Source: Desulfomonilia bacterium
GTDB lineage: Bacteria; Desulfobacterota; Desulfomonilia; UBA1062
Reading direction: 5' to 3'
DNA: 64,000 nt
Assembly: GCA_050014195.1 (NCBI GenBank)
Contig: JBEKDT010000003.1
Location: 32,001-96,000, forward strand
The notes under the pieces are model-generated. The model was not told the DNA's origin. It searched no databases and saw only the letters and a list, made by a program, of their open reading frames with translations. The position numbers were made by a program, and so were the translations under genes. Position 1 is the first letter of the stretch; each line of letters starts with the position of its first letter. Below, one piece after another: positions 1 to 10,221 of this stretch.

Positions 1-863
1 TCCGGCATATACAGGGTAAAAATCACCACGGTGTATGTATCCCCTCTTGTTTTATGTTTCAGCTGAGCATGATACATGACATCGAACTGCCGCTTGGAGT
101 GTAGGCCCGATAATTCATCCCGCAATCCTTCCAGGCTATGGATGACCTCGTCTTTGAAAGGGTGATCGAATTCATCAAGCTCTTCCGGAGTGCCCTGAAA
201 AACGATTTTTTTATCATAGAGGGCAAGAATACGGTTTGAGATAAAATACACATCCGGAATCTCGTGGCTGACCAGGACCGCGGTAAATCCGAATCTTTTC
301 TGGTTCTGGGCGATCATGCTCAGGATTGCATTTTTCCGGACAGGGTCCTGCGCGGAAGTGGGTTCGTCAAAGAGGACAATCTGAGGATCTATGACCAGTG
401 CCCGTGCCAGGGCAACCCGCTTCTGCATACCGCCGGAGAGTTCTGAGGGAAACTTGTCGGCTGCATCAGCCAGTTCCGTTTGTTCGATCCTGGCAGTCAC
501 CATAGAGTCTATTTCAGCCTCGCCCTTTTTCGTTGTTTCCTGCAGCGGCAGTGCAATATTTTCATAAACGGTCATGGAATCGAACAGGGCATTGTCTTGA
601 AACATGTAGCTCATCTGGGCAAAGGAGGCGGTCATCTCACGCCTTTTCATTTCAGCATAGGGTTTGCCCCGGAAAAGAATGGCCCCTTCATCGGGCTTGA
701 GCAGCCCGATGATATGCTTGAGGAGGACACTCTTGCCGCCGCCACTCAGGCCTATGATGGTCGTGACCTGCCCCTCGTATATCTTGAGGTTTACACCTTC
801 GAGAACAGTTTTGGATCCGAATCTCTTGGTGACATCCTTGAATTCAATCAATGGCGTATCCAT
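1..863 (-). CDS. mlaF: MlaF/Ttg2A-like ABC transporter ATP-binding protein; runs off the window edge and has a C-terminal extension
   Basis: Manual translation from ATG 863 gives MDTPLIEFKDVTKRFGSKTVLEGVNLKIYEGQVTTIIGLSGGGKSVLLKHIIGLLKPDEG (Walker A). It directly follows mlaE, and I saw no stop before position 1 in the parts I translated. Confidence 0.85.
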   Translation of the reverse strand, partial: MDTPLIEFKDVTKRFGSKTVLEGVNLKIYEGQVTTIIGLSGGGKSVLLKHIIGLLKPDEGAILFRGKPYAEMKRREMTASFAQMSYMFQDNALFDSMTVYENIALPLQETTKKGEAEIDSMVTARIEQTELADAADKFPSELSGGMQKRVALARALVIDPQIVLFDEPTSAQDPVRKNAILSMIAQNQKRFGFTAVLVSHEIPDVYFISNRILALYDKKIVFQGTPEELDEFDHPFKDEVIHSLEGLRDELSGLHSKRQFDVMYHAQLKHKTRGDTYTVVIFTLYMP

Positions 864-871
864 AGCTCTCT

Positions 872-1720
872 CTACATCAGAAGGGATGTCACGACATAGT
901 CCGACACCAAGATCAGGACACAGGAGATCACAACTGCCGAGGTGGTGGCAAGTCCGACGGCCTTGGCCCCATGGCTATCCGTGCGCATATGTGCGAAATA
1001 ACCCTGATAACAGCAGACAGTGGCGACGATGACGGCAAAAACGATGGTTTTAATGAAACCGTCGTAGATATCTTTCATGTATAGACTGGTTTGAACACGA
1101 TAATAATAGGTGCCGGCATTCGCACCCAGGAGCAGTACCCCGGAGATATACCCGCCGATTATGCCGATGAGATCAAACAGGGCGGTGAGCAGGGGAAAGC
1201 TGATGACGGCAGCGGCAATTCTTGGGCTAACAAGGTACCTGAGCGGGTCAATACGCATGGTGTAAAGTGCGTCAATCTGCTCGGAAATGCGCTGGATGCC
1301 TATCTCTGCACTAATGGCGGAACCTGCCCTGGCTGTAATCATGATGGCTGTGAGGACAGGTCCTAACTCACTGACCAGGGTCAGGGATACCAGGGTGCCG
1401 AGTGCTCCTTGAGCGCCGACTTTATTCAATGCATAATAAGTTTGGAGGCCTAAGACCATACCGGTGAACAGGCCGACGAGCATGATGATCATCATGGACC
1501 GCATCCCGATGTAATAAATTTGCTGAACAATCTTGGATAGCTGCTTGGGCCTTATGATCTTCAGCAATGCCAGAATGAGGAAAATAGCCGCAGCACCTAA
1601 ATTATCGATCCCGTTGATCGCCACCCTACCGATAGCAGCAAATGGTCGCGATATGAGCATAAATAGCCACCATCCGGTTTCGCTCTTAGGAGGGGGCAGA
1701 CTGTTTGCTTTAAGCGCCAT
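872..1720 (-). CDS. mlaE: MlaE family ABC permease
   Basis: ELGPVLTAIMITARAGSAISAEIG, EQIDAL..M.IDP..YLVSPR and VGLATTSAVV motifs. Confidence 0.92.
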   Translation of the reverse strand: MALKANSLPPPKSETGWWLFMLISRPFAAIGRVAINGIDNLGAAAIFLILALLKIIRPKQLSKIVQQIYYIGMRSMMIIMLVGLFTGMVLGLQTYYALNKVGAQGALGTLVSLTLVSELGPVLTAIMITARAGSAISAEIGIQRISEQIDALYTMRIDPLRYLVSPRIAAAVISFPLLTALFDLIGIIGGYISGVLLLGANAGTYYYRVQTSLYMKDIYDGFIKTIVFAVIVATVCCYQGYFAHMRTDSHGAKAVGLATTSAVVISCVLILVSDYVVTSLLM

Positions 1721-2349
1721 GGTTAAGACTCCTGAAGATCATAGGAATTTAGAGACATATGCTAAATCCAGCATCGTCGATTGCCCCGGCGTAAGCCTGC
1801 ATGGGCGTGTGTTCATGATAGGCGTTGACTGCATGTTAATCCTTCACACTACACAGAGATAAATACAGTTAATGGCTAAAGGCGACGACGGACAGACAAG
1901 CAACGGCACGGTGCGCACCAGGCATAATAGGACCAGGGTACCAATCAGGCCTGATCTTCTAAGAAAGAGAGTTAAAGACACGAGAAGGGGCAGAGGATGT
2001 TGTTTGACTTGACTCAAAACAACACTATTAGGCAGAACGCTCAGGATAATAACATCCCATAAGAACGATAGCTTTCGATAAAACATCTTAATCCATGACC
2101 TCTGAAACCTCTTTTAATAGAAACCTTAAATAAGACCGGGCCTTTGTTTGTCAAGGAGGATAAAAGAGGATCAAAATTATCTTATAGTGCATATTTCAAC
2201 CGAAGATCTCTATAGGTCAAGAAGAATGGTTCAGTATAAATATCTATAGTGCGCCGGGAGACCGGCAAGAAGTAAAGGGTAAAAGACACACAGTAAAGAA
2301 ATAACAAAACATACTGTTATCAAGTCATGCACGGAGTGTTTACGAAGCG

Positions 2350-2425
2350 TTAACAGGGATACGTGAATTGCTAACAGCAGGGATTAGTGCTGGGGGTGTT
2401 CCGTAAGGGGCATCCCTAACGTGAT
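2350..2425 (+). mobile_element. Possible decayed group II intron 3' end (domain V/VI-like)
   Basis: gatacgtgaattgctaac...ggattagtgctgggggtgttcc-gtaa-ggggcatccctaacgtgat resembles bacterial group II intron termini (..ggatctgtgcggggggtgcc..gggcatccctaccgcgat). No RT ORF is nearby. Confidence 0.3.
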
Positions 2426-2550
2426 ATAAATTGCTGGCCCAAATCTCAGATTGAACCATTGATTCCTATGAAAGAATGTCATGCTTAAGGCAAAAAATAT
2501 TATGACCCAAATGCAGGCCCAATTGAAGGATAGCATCCACATTTATCTTA

Positions 2551-2790
2551 ACTATTGGAACTACTCCCGCCTCAAGGGATCTCCAATAGTTTGGATAAAG
2601 GGCATCATGTATAATTGTATAATAATCTTTCATTGGTCGGGGTGGAAGACCCTTCCATGGGTGATTTTTGCGATAAATTGGTGCTTTCGAAAGGCTCTAA
2701 AATTGAAGATTTTGGTTTGAAACCTATGCTGCAAGGCGCTCCATATCAGAGCGTGTCCTATGGCACGTGATCTATGGATTAAGTATTTCA
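2551..2790 (+). repeat. Dispersed non-coding element, copy A (inverted homolog of 19020-19250)
   Basis: actattggaactactcccgcctcaagggatctccaatagttt...gtataataatctttcattg...ggaagacccttccatgggtgattt aligns with the reverse complement of 19020-19250. Confidence 0.85.
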
Positions 2791-2903
2791 ACAGTATATT
2801 GCCTTGCGCTCAATATATGGATATACTGCATCTGTGATTCGGCTAACAATGGTTATATATTGCAATAGTGCAGTATAATAATTAGCCCCAACATATACCA
2901 ATC

Positions 2904-3524
2904 GTGCAAAAGCAGGCTCTCAAAATATTTAAGAAAAAGCTGTACGACGCTTTATGCGTTGTGGATGACGCAACCCTATCAGAGGGGAGTGCCATATTGA
3001 AGGACATAAGCCCGGCCTCATCATGCCCATTTGCCAGAGATGTCATGCGAAATATCCAGCATGTTCTCGCTCGTGGGCAGGTATTACGCGAGCAAGTCGC
3101 ATTGAAACTCATTTCAAAAACAGTAACCTCGTATGAAAATCTCATATCGCCTAAATTCATCGAGGAGTTGATGGAGGTCGTGACAAGAGCATTCCCGAGA
3201 GATCACTATGTTCAGTTCGCTAAGAACGTTCAAAGTGTGTATGAGTGGAGGGCATTCGCACAGAAGAACAAATTCGATGAGCCCACCTTCGAACATGAGC
3301 TTTCCCTTATCTCTGTGAGCGCAACCAACATGTCGAATCAAGTTATATCTAGAGTGCGCACAATTCTGGATGACGCCCTTCTAAAGAAGGTTATCAATAA
3401 ACCAAACTGGTGGGTACGCGCCTTGTCGATGTTTTGGGAGTTTCTCACCGCTCCGCTGTTCAAGTGGGTGTTCGGCATTCTGACCGCCATATTGGTGACA
3501 GCTTTAGTTGCTTACTTCGGCTGA
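2904..3524 (+). CDS. Hypothetical protein with a C-terminal transmembrane helix
   Basis: 206-aa ORF in AT-rich DNA ending WVFGILTAILVTALVAYFG; flanked by GGCTAAC heptamers at 2841 and 3547. Confidence 0.55.
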   Translation: MQKQALKIFKKKLYDALCVVDDATLSEGSAILKDISPASSCPFARDVMRNIQHVLARGQVLREQVALKLISKTVTSYENLISPKFIEELMEVVTRAFPRDHYVQFAKNVQSVYEWRAFAQKNKFDEPTFEHELSLISVSATNMSNQVISRVRTILDDALLKKVINKPNWWVRALSMFWEFLTAPLFKWVFGILTAILVTALVAYFG

Positions 3525-3629
3525 AAATAACTGAAATAACTATATGGGCTAACTAGAGCATCCAGAAGGATACGGGTTAATGCTCAGCGTTATCACAAAT
3601 TAATATTCCTGCAATTTCTTCTCTCTTCT

Positions 3630-3766
3630 GTGGTGTCTGGAAACTGTAGATCTTGAGTTGAAACATACGCAGTGAGACACTTCATACCAGAACGTTGCAC
3701 CTGGCACGTTATCTATGGTTTTGAAAATCCCAACTCAGTTCGTTGCCTTTGACACATAATCTATAC
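3630..3766 (+). repeat. Dispersed element, copy B
   Basis: gatcttgagttgaaacatacgcag..cacttcataccag matches revcomp 19038-19093; 3704-3761 matches 4544-4601. Confidence 0.75.
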
Positions 3767-4074
3767 TTATACTCAAAAGAATTTATGGATACATGACAAA
3801 CATAATCATCTTTTCCGTGTTAATGTTGCCATATTCCTTGTAACCGGTTTATTATGATCAATTATTTTAATTCACAGTTTGTGAAAATTAATTTTAATTT
3901 AATTGTGATTTTATATTATTAATCTTGATATTTATTTTGTTAAGTGTATTATAGCAAATAGCGGAAACCTATGCATTTGTGATTCCCTATCATCTTTGTT
4001 CCCTATCATCAGTGATTGTGGTGGTTACATCCGGAAGGAGAGATATTGTGTCAAGAGCAGAAAGAGAGGAAATC

Positions 4075-4257
4075 ATGGAACCTATTGTCGAACAAAGGGC
4101 TAATATCATGCGCACGCAGAAGAGGATCTTCAAACTACTAACTCAGTGCATTAAGGACATCAGGAAGACAGTTACAGCATCGGGTCTTACGATTAAGGAC
4201 GTGAGGTCAGAGTCGAAAAATTCTATACAGGCTTGGATTCTTGCATCAATAGCCTAA
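4075..4257 (+). CDS. Small hypothetical protein
   Basis: GAGAGG RBS before ATG 4075; 60 aa, MEPIVEQRANIMRTQKRIFKLL... Confidence 0.3.
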   Translation: MEPIVEQRANIMRTQKRIFKLLTQCIKDIRKTVTASGLTIKDVRSESKNSIQAWILASIA

Positions 4258-4481
4258 CACCAAGCTTTAATAGTCTTTTTTAGTATCTGATGGGGGAGCT
4301 GCAGATAGCCCTATCAGATTGATAAGAGATATGTATTCAAGATCAATGAAGCTGATCACATAGGGTTAAAGCAGATCTGTTGGAACAAATTTTATGCTTT
4401 CATGTATACATCATCATGATCCACCATTCATGGGATCACCAATGTAAGAAGAATCCTTGAGTGTGATTATTTATTACCTAC

Positions 4482-4601
4482 AACGTGAATATCTTGAGGT
4501 ATAAGCTCTGTTGTGAAGATGCTCTCCCAGACTGAGGAGTGTAGCACGAAATCAACGGTTTTGAAAATCTCATCTCAGTTCGTTGCCTCTGGCACAAAAT
4601 C
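4482..4601 (+). repeat. Dispersed element, copy C
   Basis: ggttttgaaaatctcatctcagttcgttgcctctggcacaaaatc versus ggttttgaaaatcccaactcagttcgttgcctttgacacataatc at 3717-3761 (840 bp apart). Confidence 0.75.
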
Positions 4602-5087
4602 ATCAGTCGACGTCAACCAGAAATTACCTCAAAAAAATATAATTTTATGTTCCCATAGAACATCCCCTAATATGCACGGAATTGCAGTCATGGGCCGATC
4701 ATTTTGCTTTCATGTTTCTGGAAGTTGCCTATAGATACATCTTCCCCGTATAGAGAACCTTTGTCTGATTCTACGCATCCAAATATTTTGGATCTGGAAC
4801 CGTGGCAAGGCGAGTAATCGCCCGATATCTTGCCTAGGGCTTATGATCGAGAGAAATAGCCTTTACAGGGTATTTCTTAAGACATGCAGAGATACGTAAA
4901 ACGTAATCTGAAAAGGTTAGAGACATCTTACCGCCGGCCAGGTTCTAGACCCGTTTTTTACTGAACATATTGTTTTCCTATTTTAATTCACCTCTGTTCT
5001 TTGCCTCCACTCTTCGTCTTTATTTCCGTTTGGCAATCTCGGCCTGGAGCTCCTTGTTTGCTTTTGCAAGCTTCTGCGTGCGTTCCG

Positions 5088-7709
5088 CTACCGCTTCTCT
5101 CTTTCTTTTCGTACCCTGCGCAATTCCATCTCCAATGTTTTGGATTTGGTTATGTCCGTAAAGGTAATCACCACGCCGTCAATTTTGTCTTCCAGCGTGC
5201 GATAAGGCATGATGCGCGTTTCGAACCAGCGCCCGTCACCGGTAGAGACCTGCTTTTCTTTAAATACCAGGGTCTTCAGTACCTCATGAATATCATCGAA
5301 CATCTCGGGGTAGATCAGCTCTGATACGATGTCGGTGATGGACCGTCCTACATCGCCTGGAATCAGCTTGATGATCCGTTTCATATGAGGGGTGAACCGC
5401 AGCAGAAGGAGCTCTTTGTCCAGAAACATGGTGGCGATGTCCGTGCTGTTGAGCAGGTTCTTCATGTCGTTATTCGATCGCGTAAGCTCTTCCACCTTGG
5501 ATTGCATCTCGGCATTGACGGTCTGCAGCTCCTCATTCATCGACTGCATCTCTTCCTTGGACGTGGTCAGTTCTTCATTGGTGGATTGCAGCTCCTCGTT
5601 GGTGGACTGCAGCTCTTCATTGGTGGCTTTGAGCTCTTCCTGCGAGGTCTGCATCTCTTCACGGGAGTTCTGCAGCTCGTCGCGCAGCCGTTTGATCTCC
5701 TGCTCCAGTTCTGAGATATCAGCGCCTTGTGATGAGATGCGGTTTCTTGATTTTGTAACCGAAGAGGCCGCCACATCCTTAAAGACCACTGTGAACATAC
5801 CCTTGAGGGCTTCCGGTTCTTCTATCGACTGGATTGTGAGATCCACGATCTGCTCTCCGCCATTGGTCCCTACCTTTAGACCTTGTACGGTGATTATGCC
5901 TCTTTGATTCACCACCTTCTGGAAGGCTCGTGTCAACCCATGCTGAAGCCCTTCCCGGGCCATGGCGAAAATATTCAAGTTGGCCTTGCCTGCTGCAGGT
6001 TCCAGATACTTGCCTGTCCGCCCGCTGATGTAGATGATGTCTCCTTTGTTGTTGATCAGCACGGATGGAGGGGCATATCGCTCCAGTATCAGCTGATCCG
6101 CAAGCGATTGGAGATTTACCGCGGGTTTGGTCGCCGCTTCCTCCTTGGAGAAGGCTGAAGAGAAAGAGGAGAGCGAGGACGGAAAGTCCACAATCTCAGC
6201 TTGCCTGAGGGATTCTTTTCGATGATAGATCCTCCATTTGCCTTCCAGTGGCGTGAAGAGATCGATATGGCTGCCGATGGTTTCCGCGCTGCCCAGGAAC
6301 AGGATACCGCCGGGATTCAAGCTGTAGTGGAACAAGGACAGGATTTTTTTTTGTATTTCCGGAACAAGGTAGATGAGGAGATTCCTGCAGATAAGGATGT
6401 CCAGCTTGGTAAAGGGAGGGTCCATGATGACATTCTGTACAGCGAAGACTACCATCTCACGGATTTCCTTGACGACCCGGTAGTTGCCGCTCTCTTCCTT
6501 GACGAAAAACTTTTTTAAGCGCTCAGGCGGGACATCCGAGGCTATGTTGGGGGGATAGACAGCCTGACGGGCTTTATCAACGGCATCCCGGTCGAGGTCG
6601 GTGGCAAAGATCTGTAAGCTATAGTTCCCTTTGGGCTTGATAAGATCGAGTGCCTCTTTGAACACGATCGCCAGTGAATAGGCCTCCTCGCCTGTTGAAC
6701 AGCCGGGAGTCCACACGCGAAGAGTGCCGCCTTCAGGTTTACTTGCTATGAGCGCTGGTATGGCCTTTTCCTTCAGTTGTTCCCAGGCAGGCGGGTCCCG
6801 GAAAAAATTCGTTACCCCGATGAGGAGCTCTTTGAAGAGAAGATCCCGCTCCTGGAGATTTTCCTGTAAGAAACGGACATAATGGGCGATCGTGTCAATC
6901 TGGTGGATGCTCATGCGCCGCTCGATCCGGCGGTACAAGGTGCCTTTTTTATACATCGAGAAATCCTGGCCCGTGTGGGTCCGGAGCAGGATGACGATCT
7001 TTTCCAGAGCCGAGACAGCCGTGCTTGCCAGGACAGGCTCGCCACCCTTGCCCCGAGGAGGGTGGGGAAAATGGAGAAGCTCTATAAGCTTGCCGGACAG
7101 TTCTTTTGCCGGAGCCACGTAATCGACGAGCCCTGTTCCTATGGCGCTGCGGGGCATACTGTCGAATTTGGCTGAGGCTGGGTCCTGCACCAGGACCATA
7201 CCCCCATTTTCCTTGATGGCCTTGATGCCAAGTGTGCCATCTGTGCCCATACCTGAAAGGATAATGCCCACACTGTGTTCCCGCTGGTCCTCTGCCAAGG
7301 AGCGGAAAAAGAAATCAATCGGCAGACGAAGCCCCCGGGGCGATGTGGGATCGAGCAGATGAAGTACCCCATGCAGGATCGACATGTCCTTGTTCGGCGG
7401 GATCACATAGACTTGGTCCGGGTTAACCCGCATGCGGTCTTTTACCTGGGTGACCTTCATGTGTGTCATGCGTTGCAGAAGCTCGGGCATGATACCCTTG
7501 TGGGTCGGGTCCAGGTGCTGGACGATAACATACGCTATGCCCCTGCCCTCTGATACATTGCCCAAGAGCTCTTCCAGTGCCTCCAATCCACCGGCGGACG
7601 CACCAACACCGACAATATGGAGAACACCGCTCTTGGTGATCGGGGGTTTTGATGGAAGATTCTCATCAATCTTTTTCTTTGTTTTCGTCTTTTTAATTAT
7701 TTTGGCCAT
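5088..7709 (-). CDS. CheB methylesterase-CheR methyltransferase-coiled coil-PAS fusion protein
   Basis: GVGASAGG (CheB), VWTPGCSTGEEAYSLA and DILICRNLLIY (CheR), ELQSTNEE heptads, PAS_10-like C-terminus. Probable start 7709; the ORF is open to 7769. Confidence 0.92.
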   Translation of the reverse strand: MAKIIKKTKTKKKIDENLPSKPPITKSGVLHIVGVGASAGGLEALEELLGNVSEGRGIAYVIVQHLDPTHKGIMPELLQRMTHMKVTQVKDRMRVNPDQVYVIPPNKDMSILHGVLHLLDPTSPRGLRLPIDFFFRSLAEDQREHSVGIILSGMGTDGTLGIKAIKENGGMVLVQDPASAKFDSMPRSAIGTGLVDYVAPAKELSGKLIELLHFPHPPRGKGGEPVLASTAVSALEKIVILLRTHTGQDFSMYKKGTLYRRIERRMSIHQIDTIAHYVRFLQENLQERDLLFKELLIGVTNFFRDPPAWEQLKEKAIPALIASKPEGGTLRVWTPGCSTGEEAYSLAIVFKEALDLIKPKGNYSLQIFATDLDRDAVDKARQAVYPPNIASDVPPERLKKFFVKEESGNYRVVKEIREMVVFAVQNVIMDPPFTKLDILICRNLLIYLVPEIQKKILSLFHYSLNPGGILFLGSAETIGSHIDLFTPLEGKWRIYHRKESLRQAEIVDFPSSLSSFSSAFSKEEAATKPAVNLQSLADQLILERYAPPSVLINNKGDIIYISGRTGKYLEPAAGKANLNIFAMAREGLQHGLTRAFQKVVNQRGIITVQGLKVGTNGGEQIVDLTIQSIEEPEALKGMFTVVFKDVAASSVTKSRNRISSQGADISELEQEIKRLRDELQNSREEMQTSQEELKATNEELQSTNEELQSTNEELTTSKEEMQSMNEELQTVNAEMQSKVEELTRSNNDMKNLLNSTDIATMFLDKELLLLRFTPHMKRIIKLIPGDVGRSITDIVSELIYPEMFDDIHEVLKTLVFKEKQVSTGDGRWFETRIMPYRTLEDKIDGVVITFTDITKSKTLEMELRRVRKEREKR

Positions 7710-7839
7710 ATATTCATGATAAAAGGAACTTACCTGTAATACAAGAGAAGAGCGAAGGATGCGAAACATTTAACTCAACAGCAGGGCCAATGTCTCCCAT
7801 GATGGGTGCTAAGGCTGTGGTAACATCGCTTCAGAAACA

Positions 7840-9114
7840 TTATTCCACCCCTTTCAACGTAAAATAGAAGGTCGAGCCTTTGCCCGGCTTGGACTCCACC
7901 CATATCCTGCCCCCAAGCCGGGCAATGATACGTTTGCAGAGTGCAAGCCCTATGCCGGCGCCTTGGTATGTCTCCCCAGCATGAAGCCTCTCGAAAAGAA
8001 CAAATATCCGTTCGAAGTATTGGGGTTCGATGCCCATTCCGTTGTCTTTCACCGAGAAGACCCATTCATCCCCGATCTTACCGGCCGAGACATGGATGCG
8101 TAATGGGTCATCTCTGCGAAATTTTATGGCATTGCCTATGAGGTTCTGGAAAACCTGTACAAATTGGGAGTGGTCTGCCATCACTACGGGCAGGAAATCA
8201 TGGATAACTGATGCCCCTGAATCACTGATGGCCAAATGGAGGTTTGCCAGGGTCTCATCGATAACACTGTTCATATCTATCGGAACAGGCGCTCTTCCCA
8301 CGGAGATGACACGTGAATAGTTCAGCAGGTCTTGGATCATTCTCTGCATGCGGTTTGAGCCTTTTACAGCGAACTCAATGTAATCCCTGGCATTCTGGTC
8401 GAGCTTGTCCCCATATCGCCTGGCCAGGAGCTGGGTGAAGCTCGATACCATGCGGAGCGGCTCCTGCAGGTCGTGAGACGCCACGTCTGCGAACTGCTCG
8501 AGGTCCTTGTTGGAGCGTTCGAGCTCGGCAAGGAGCTTGATTCTCTCTTCCTCCGCCTTTTTGCGCTCGGTGATGTCGATCAAGGCAGTCTGGCACACAA
8601 TAGATCCACTCTCATCCTCCTGCACTGCGTTTGCCTTCAAAAATGCCCAGAATTGGGAGCCGTCTTTTTTAACGAACCGCAGCTCGTACTCCTGCGGTAA
8701 GCCCGTGTCAAAGAGTTTCTTGAGATGAAGGTAGTGAATGTCCTTATCATCCCTATAGATAAAACTAGTAATTTGCTGTTTGACCACAAAGCTTCTTCCT
8801 ACTCCGAGCAATTGTGTGGCAGTGAGATTCGCCTCCTTGATCGAACCCTCCTTGTCTATGGTGAGATACCCAACCGGGGCAAAGTCATAGAGATCAAAGT
8901 ACTTGGTACGGGAGATTTCCAGTTCCTCTTGCGCCCGATGCAGTTCTTCATTCTGCATCTCCAGCTCGATCTGGTGGACCTGCAATTCATGGAGCAGACG
9001 CCGGGCTTGTTCTGGAGAAATGTCGCTCTGATCGGTAGATTGTTTCTGCAACCGTTTCTCTGCTTGTTTACGAAGGTTGGCTAAACGTTTCTTTATCGTA
9101 TCTTCTTTAGTCAT
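7840..9114 (-). CDS. PAS/PAC sensor histidine kinase (Cph1-like HisKA/HATPase)
   Basis: LLHELQVHQIELEMQNEEL, H-box ASHDLQEPLR, N-box NLIGNAIKF, G-boxes DNGMGI and GAGIGLA. Confidence 0.92.
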   Translation of the reverse strand: MTKEDTIKKRLANLRKQAEKRLQKQSTDQSDISPEQARRLLHELQVHQIELEMQNEELHRAQEELEISRTKYFDLYDFAPVGYLTIDKEGSIKEANLTATQLLGVGRSFVVKQQITSFIYRDDKDIHYLHLKKLFDTGLPQEYELRFVKKDGSQFWAFLKANAVQEDESGSIVCQTALIDITERKKAEEERIKLLAELERSNKDLEQFADVASHDLQEPLRMVSSFTQLLARRYGDKLDQNARDYIEFAVKGSNRMQRMIQDLLNYSRVISVGRAPVPIDMNSVIDETLANLHLAISDSGASVIHDFLPVVMADHSQFVQVFQNLIGNAIKFRRDDPLRIHVSAGKIGDEWVFSVKDNGMGIEPQYFERIFVLFERLHAGETYQGAGIGLALCKRIIARLGGRIWVESKPGKGSTFYFTLKGVE

Positions 9115-9341
9115 CCTAATCTCTAAGGTAGTAGTATTTACACATACCCTGTCATAGTGAATCACAGGGTATAGGCGATGGATCTTTCAGATACTATATT
9201 TATAAGCATACAATCTTAAAATAGAAGTGCTGGACCTGATATACTGCAAATGTAAACATTTCCTACACGGTTTTTTGTGAGTTGGTGGTATACTTGTTTT
9301 ATGGCAAAAAAGGAGAGTTCTTATCATGGGAGTGCTTGTCA

Positions 9342-9938
9342 ATGAAAGCTAAGAGTGTTGCAAAAGACTTTCCTGTCGTTTGCGTGGGCGGTTCGGCTGG
9401 TGGCCTCGACGCCTATACCCGGTTACTACGGCATATGCCGGCCGATATGGGTGTTGCTATCGTCATCGTAAATCACCAGAGAACCGTAGCCACCATGCTC
9501 CACGAGATTCTTCCGTACTACACAAAGATGCCGGTTGAACTGATCACGGAAAGATTACTCATCGAGCCCAACCATGTGTTCATCATCCCGGAACAGCGTG
9601 ATTTGCACGTGCTTGATGGAGAGTTCCGTCTAAAGCCGATATCAAAGCCTAGAGGATGGCCCGATGTGATTACGGTTTTTCTACGTTCCCTAACTGAGCA
9701 CTGGGACGGCAAACTTATCGCTGTCATTGTCTCTGGCTATGATGGTGATGGTGCAGCAGCGCTGTGCGGCATAAAAGAAGTGGGGGGCATTACCATCGCG
9801 CAGAAGCTCGACACAGCCGGGCAGCAAGATATGCCTGAGAGCGCAATTGCAAGCGGATGTATAGATTTTGTTCTTTCACCTGAGGATATCGCTCAAGAAA
9901 TTGTACGAATTGTGCACGCGGTGTCAAGGGCGGAGTGA
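9342..9938 (+). CDS. cheB: Stand-alone CheB methylesterase domain protein
   Basis: VCVGGSAGG, SGYDGDGAAAL, DMPESAI; no receiver domain. Confidence 0.85.
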   Translation: MKAKSVAKDFPVVCVGGSAGGLDAYTRLLRHMPADMGVAIVIVNHQRTVATMLHEILPYYTKMPVELITERLLIEPNHVFIIPEQRDLHVLDGEFRLKPISKPRGWPDVITVFLRSLTEHWDGKLIAVIVSGYDGDGAAALCGIKEVGGITIAQKLDTAGQQDMPESAIASGCIDFVLSPEDIAQEIVRIVHAVSRAE

Positions 9939-10003
9939 ACCGGGACCACCGAGGAGAATCAGGGTCATCCAATTTTTTAATATTTGGATAGACCAGAGAT
10001 TCA

Positions 10004-10169
10004 ATTTCATATCGGCTTTATTATGTCTAAAAACTGAAGATCGGTAGCACGCTAACCAAAGTACCGGGTAATCCTTCATTTCAAAAACAGCTTTTCCAAC
10101 GGTCTCGTTTAAGATCTATGGTATTTAGGCTACAGACTCACGGCGACGGTCCTGGCATAAAATCTACAC
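10004..10169 (+). repeat. Dispersed element, copy D (diverged)
   Basis: atttcatatcggctttattatgtctaaaaactgaagatc versus revcomp atttcatcttggttttgaaatacctgaaaactgatgatc (19090-19128); also carries the gatctatgg and tggcataaaatctacac sub-motifs. Confidence 0.6.
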
Positions 10170-10221
10170 TTTGCCCAAGATTATAATACCCGGGAGGTTA
10201 TTATACTCCATCAACAGGTGG

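Noticed and set aside
2657-2770. 37-aa ORF (MGDFCDK...) shared by element copies A and E
   Set aside because: Substitutions are non-conservative and copy B has a stop in this frame, so the conservation looks DNA-level
4804-4834. Hairpin ggcaag-gcga-gtaa-tcgc...cttgcc as a riboswitch or ncRNA
   Set aside because: No recognisable aptamer consensus and no suitably placed downstream gene
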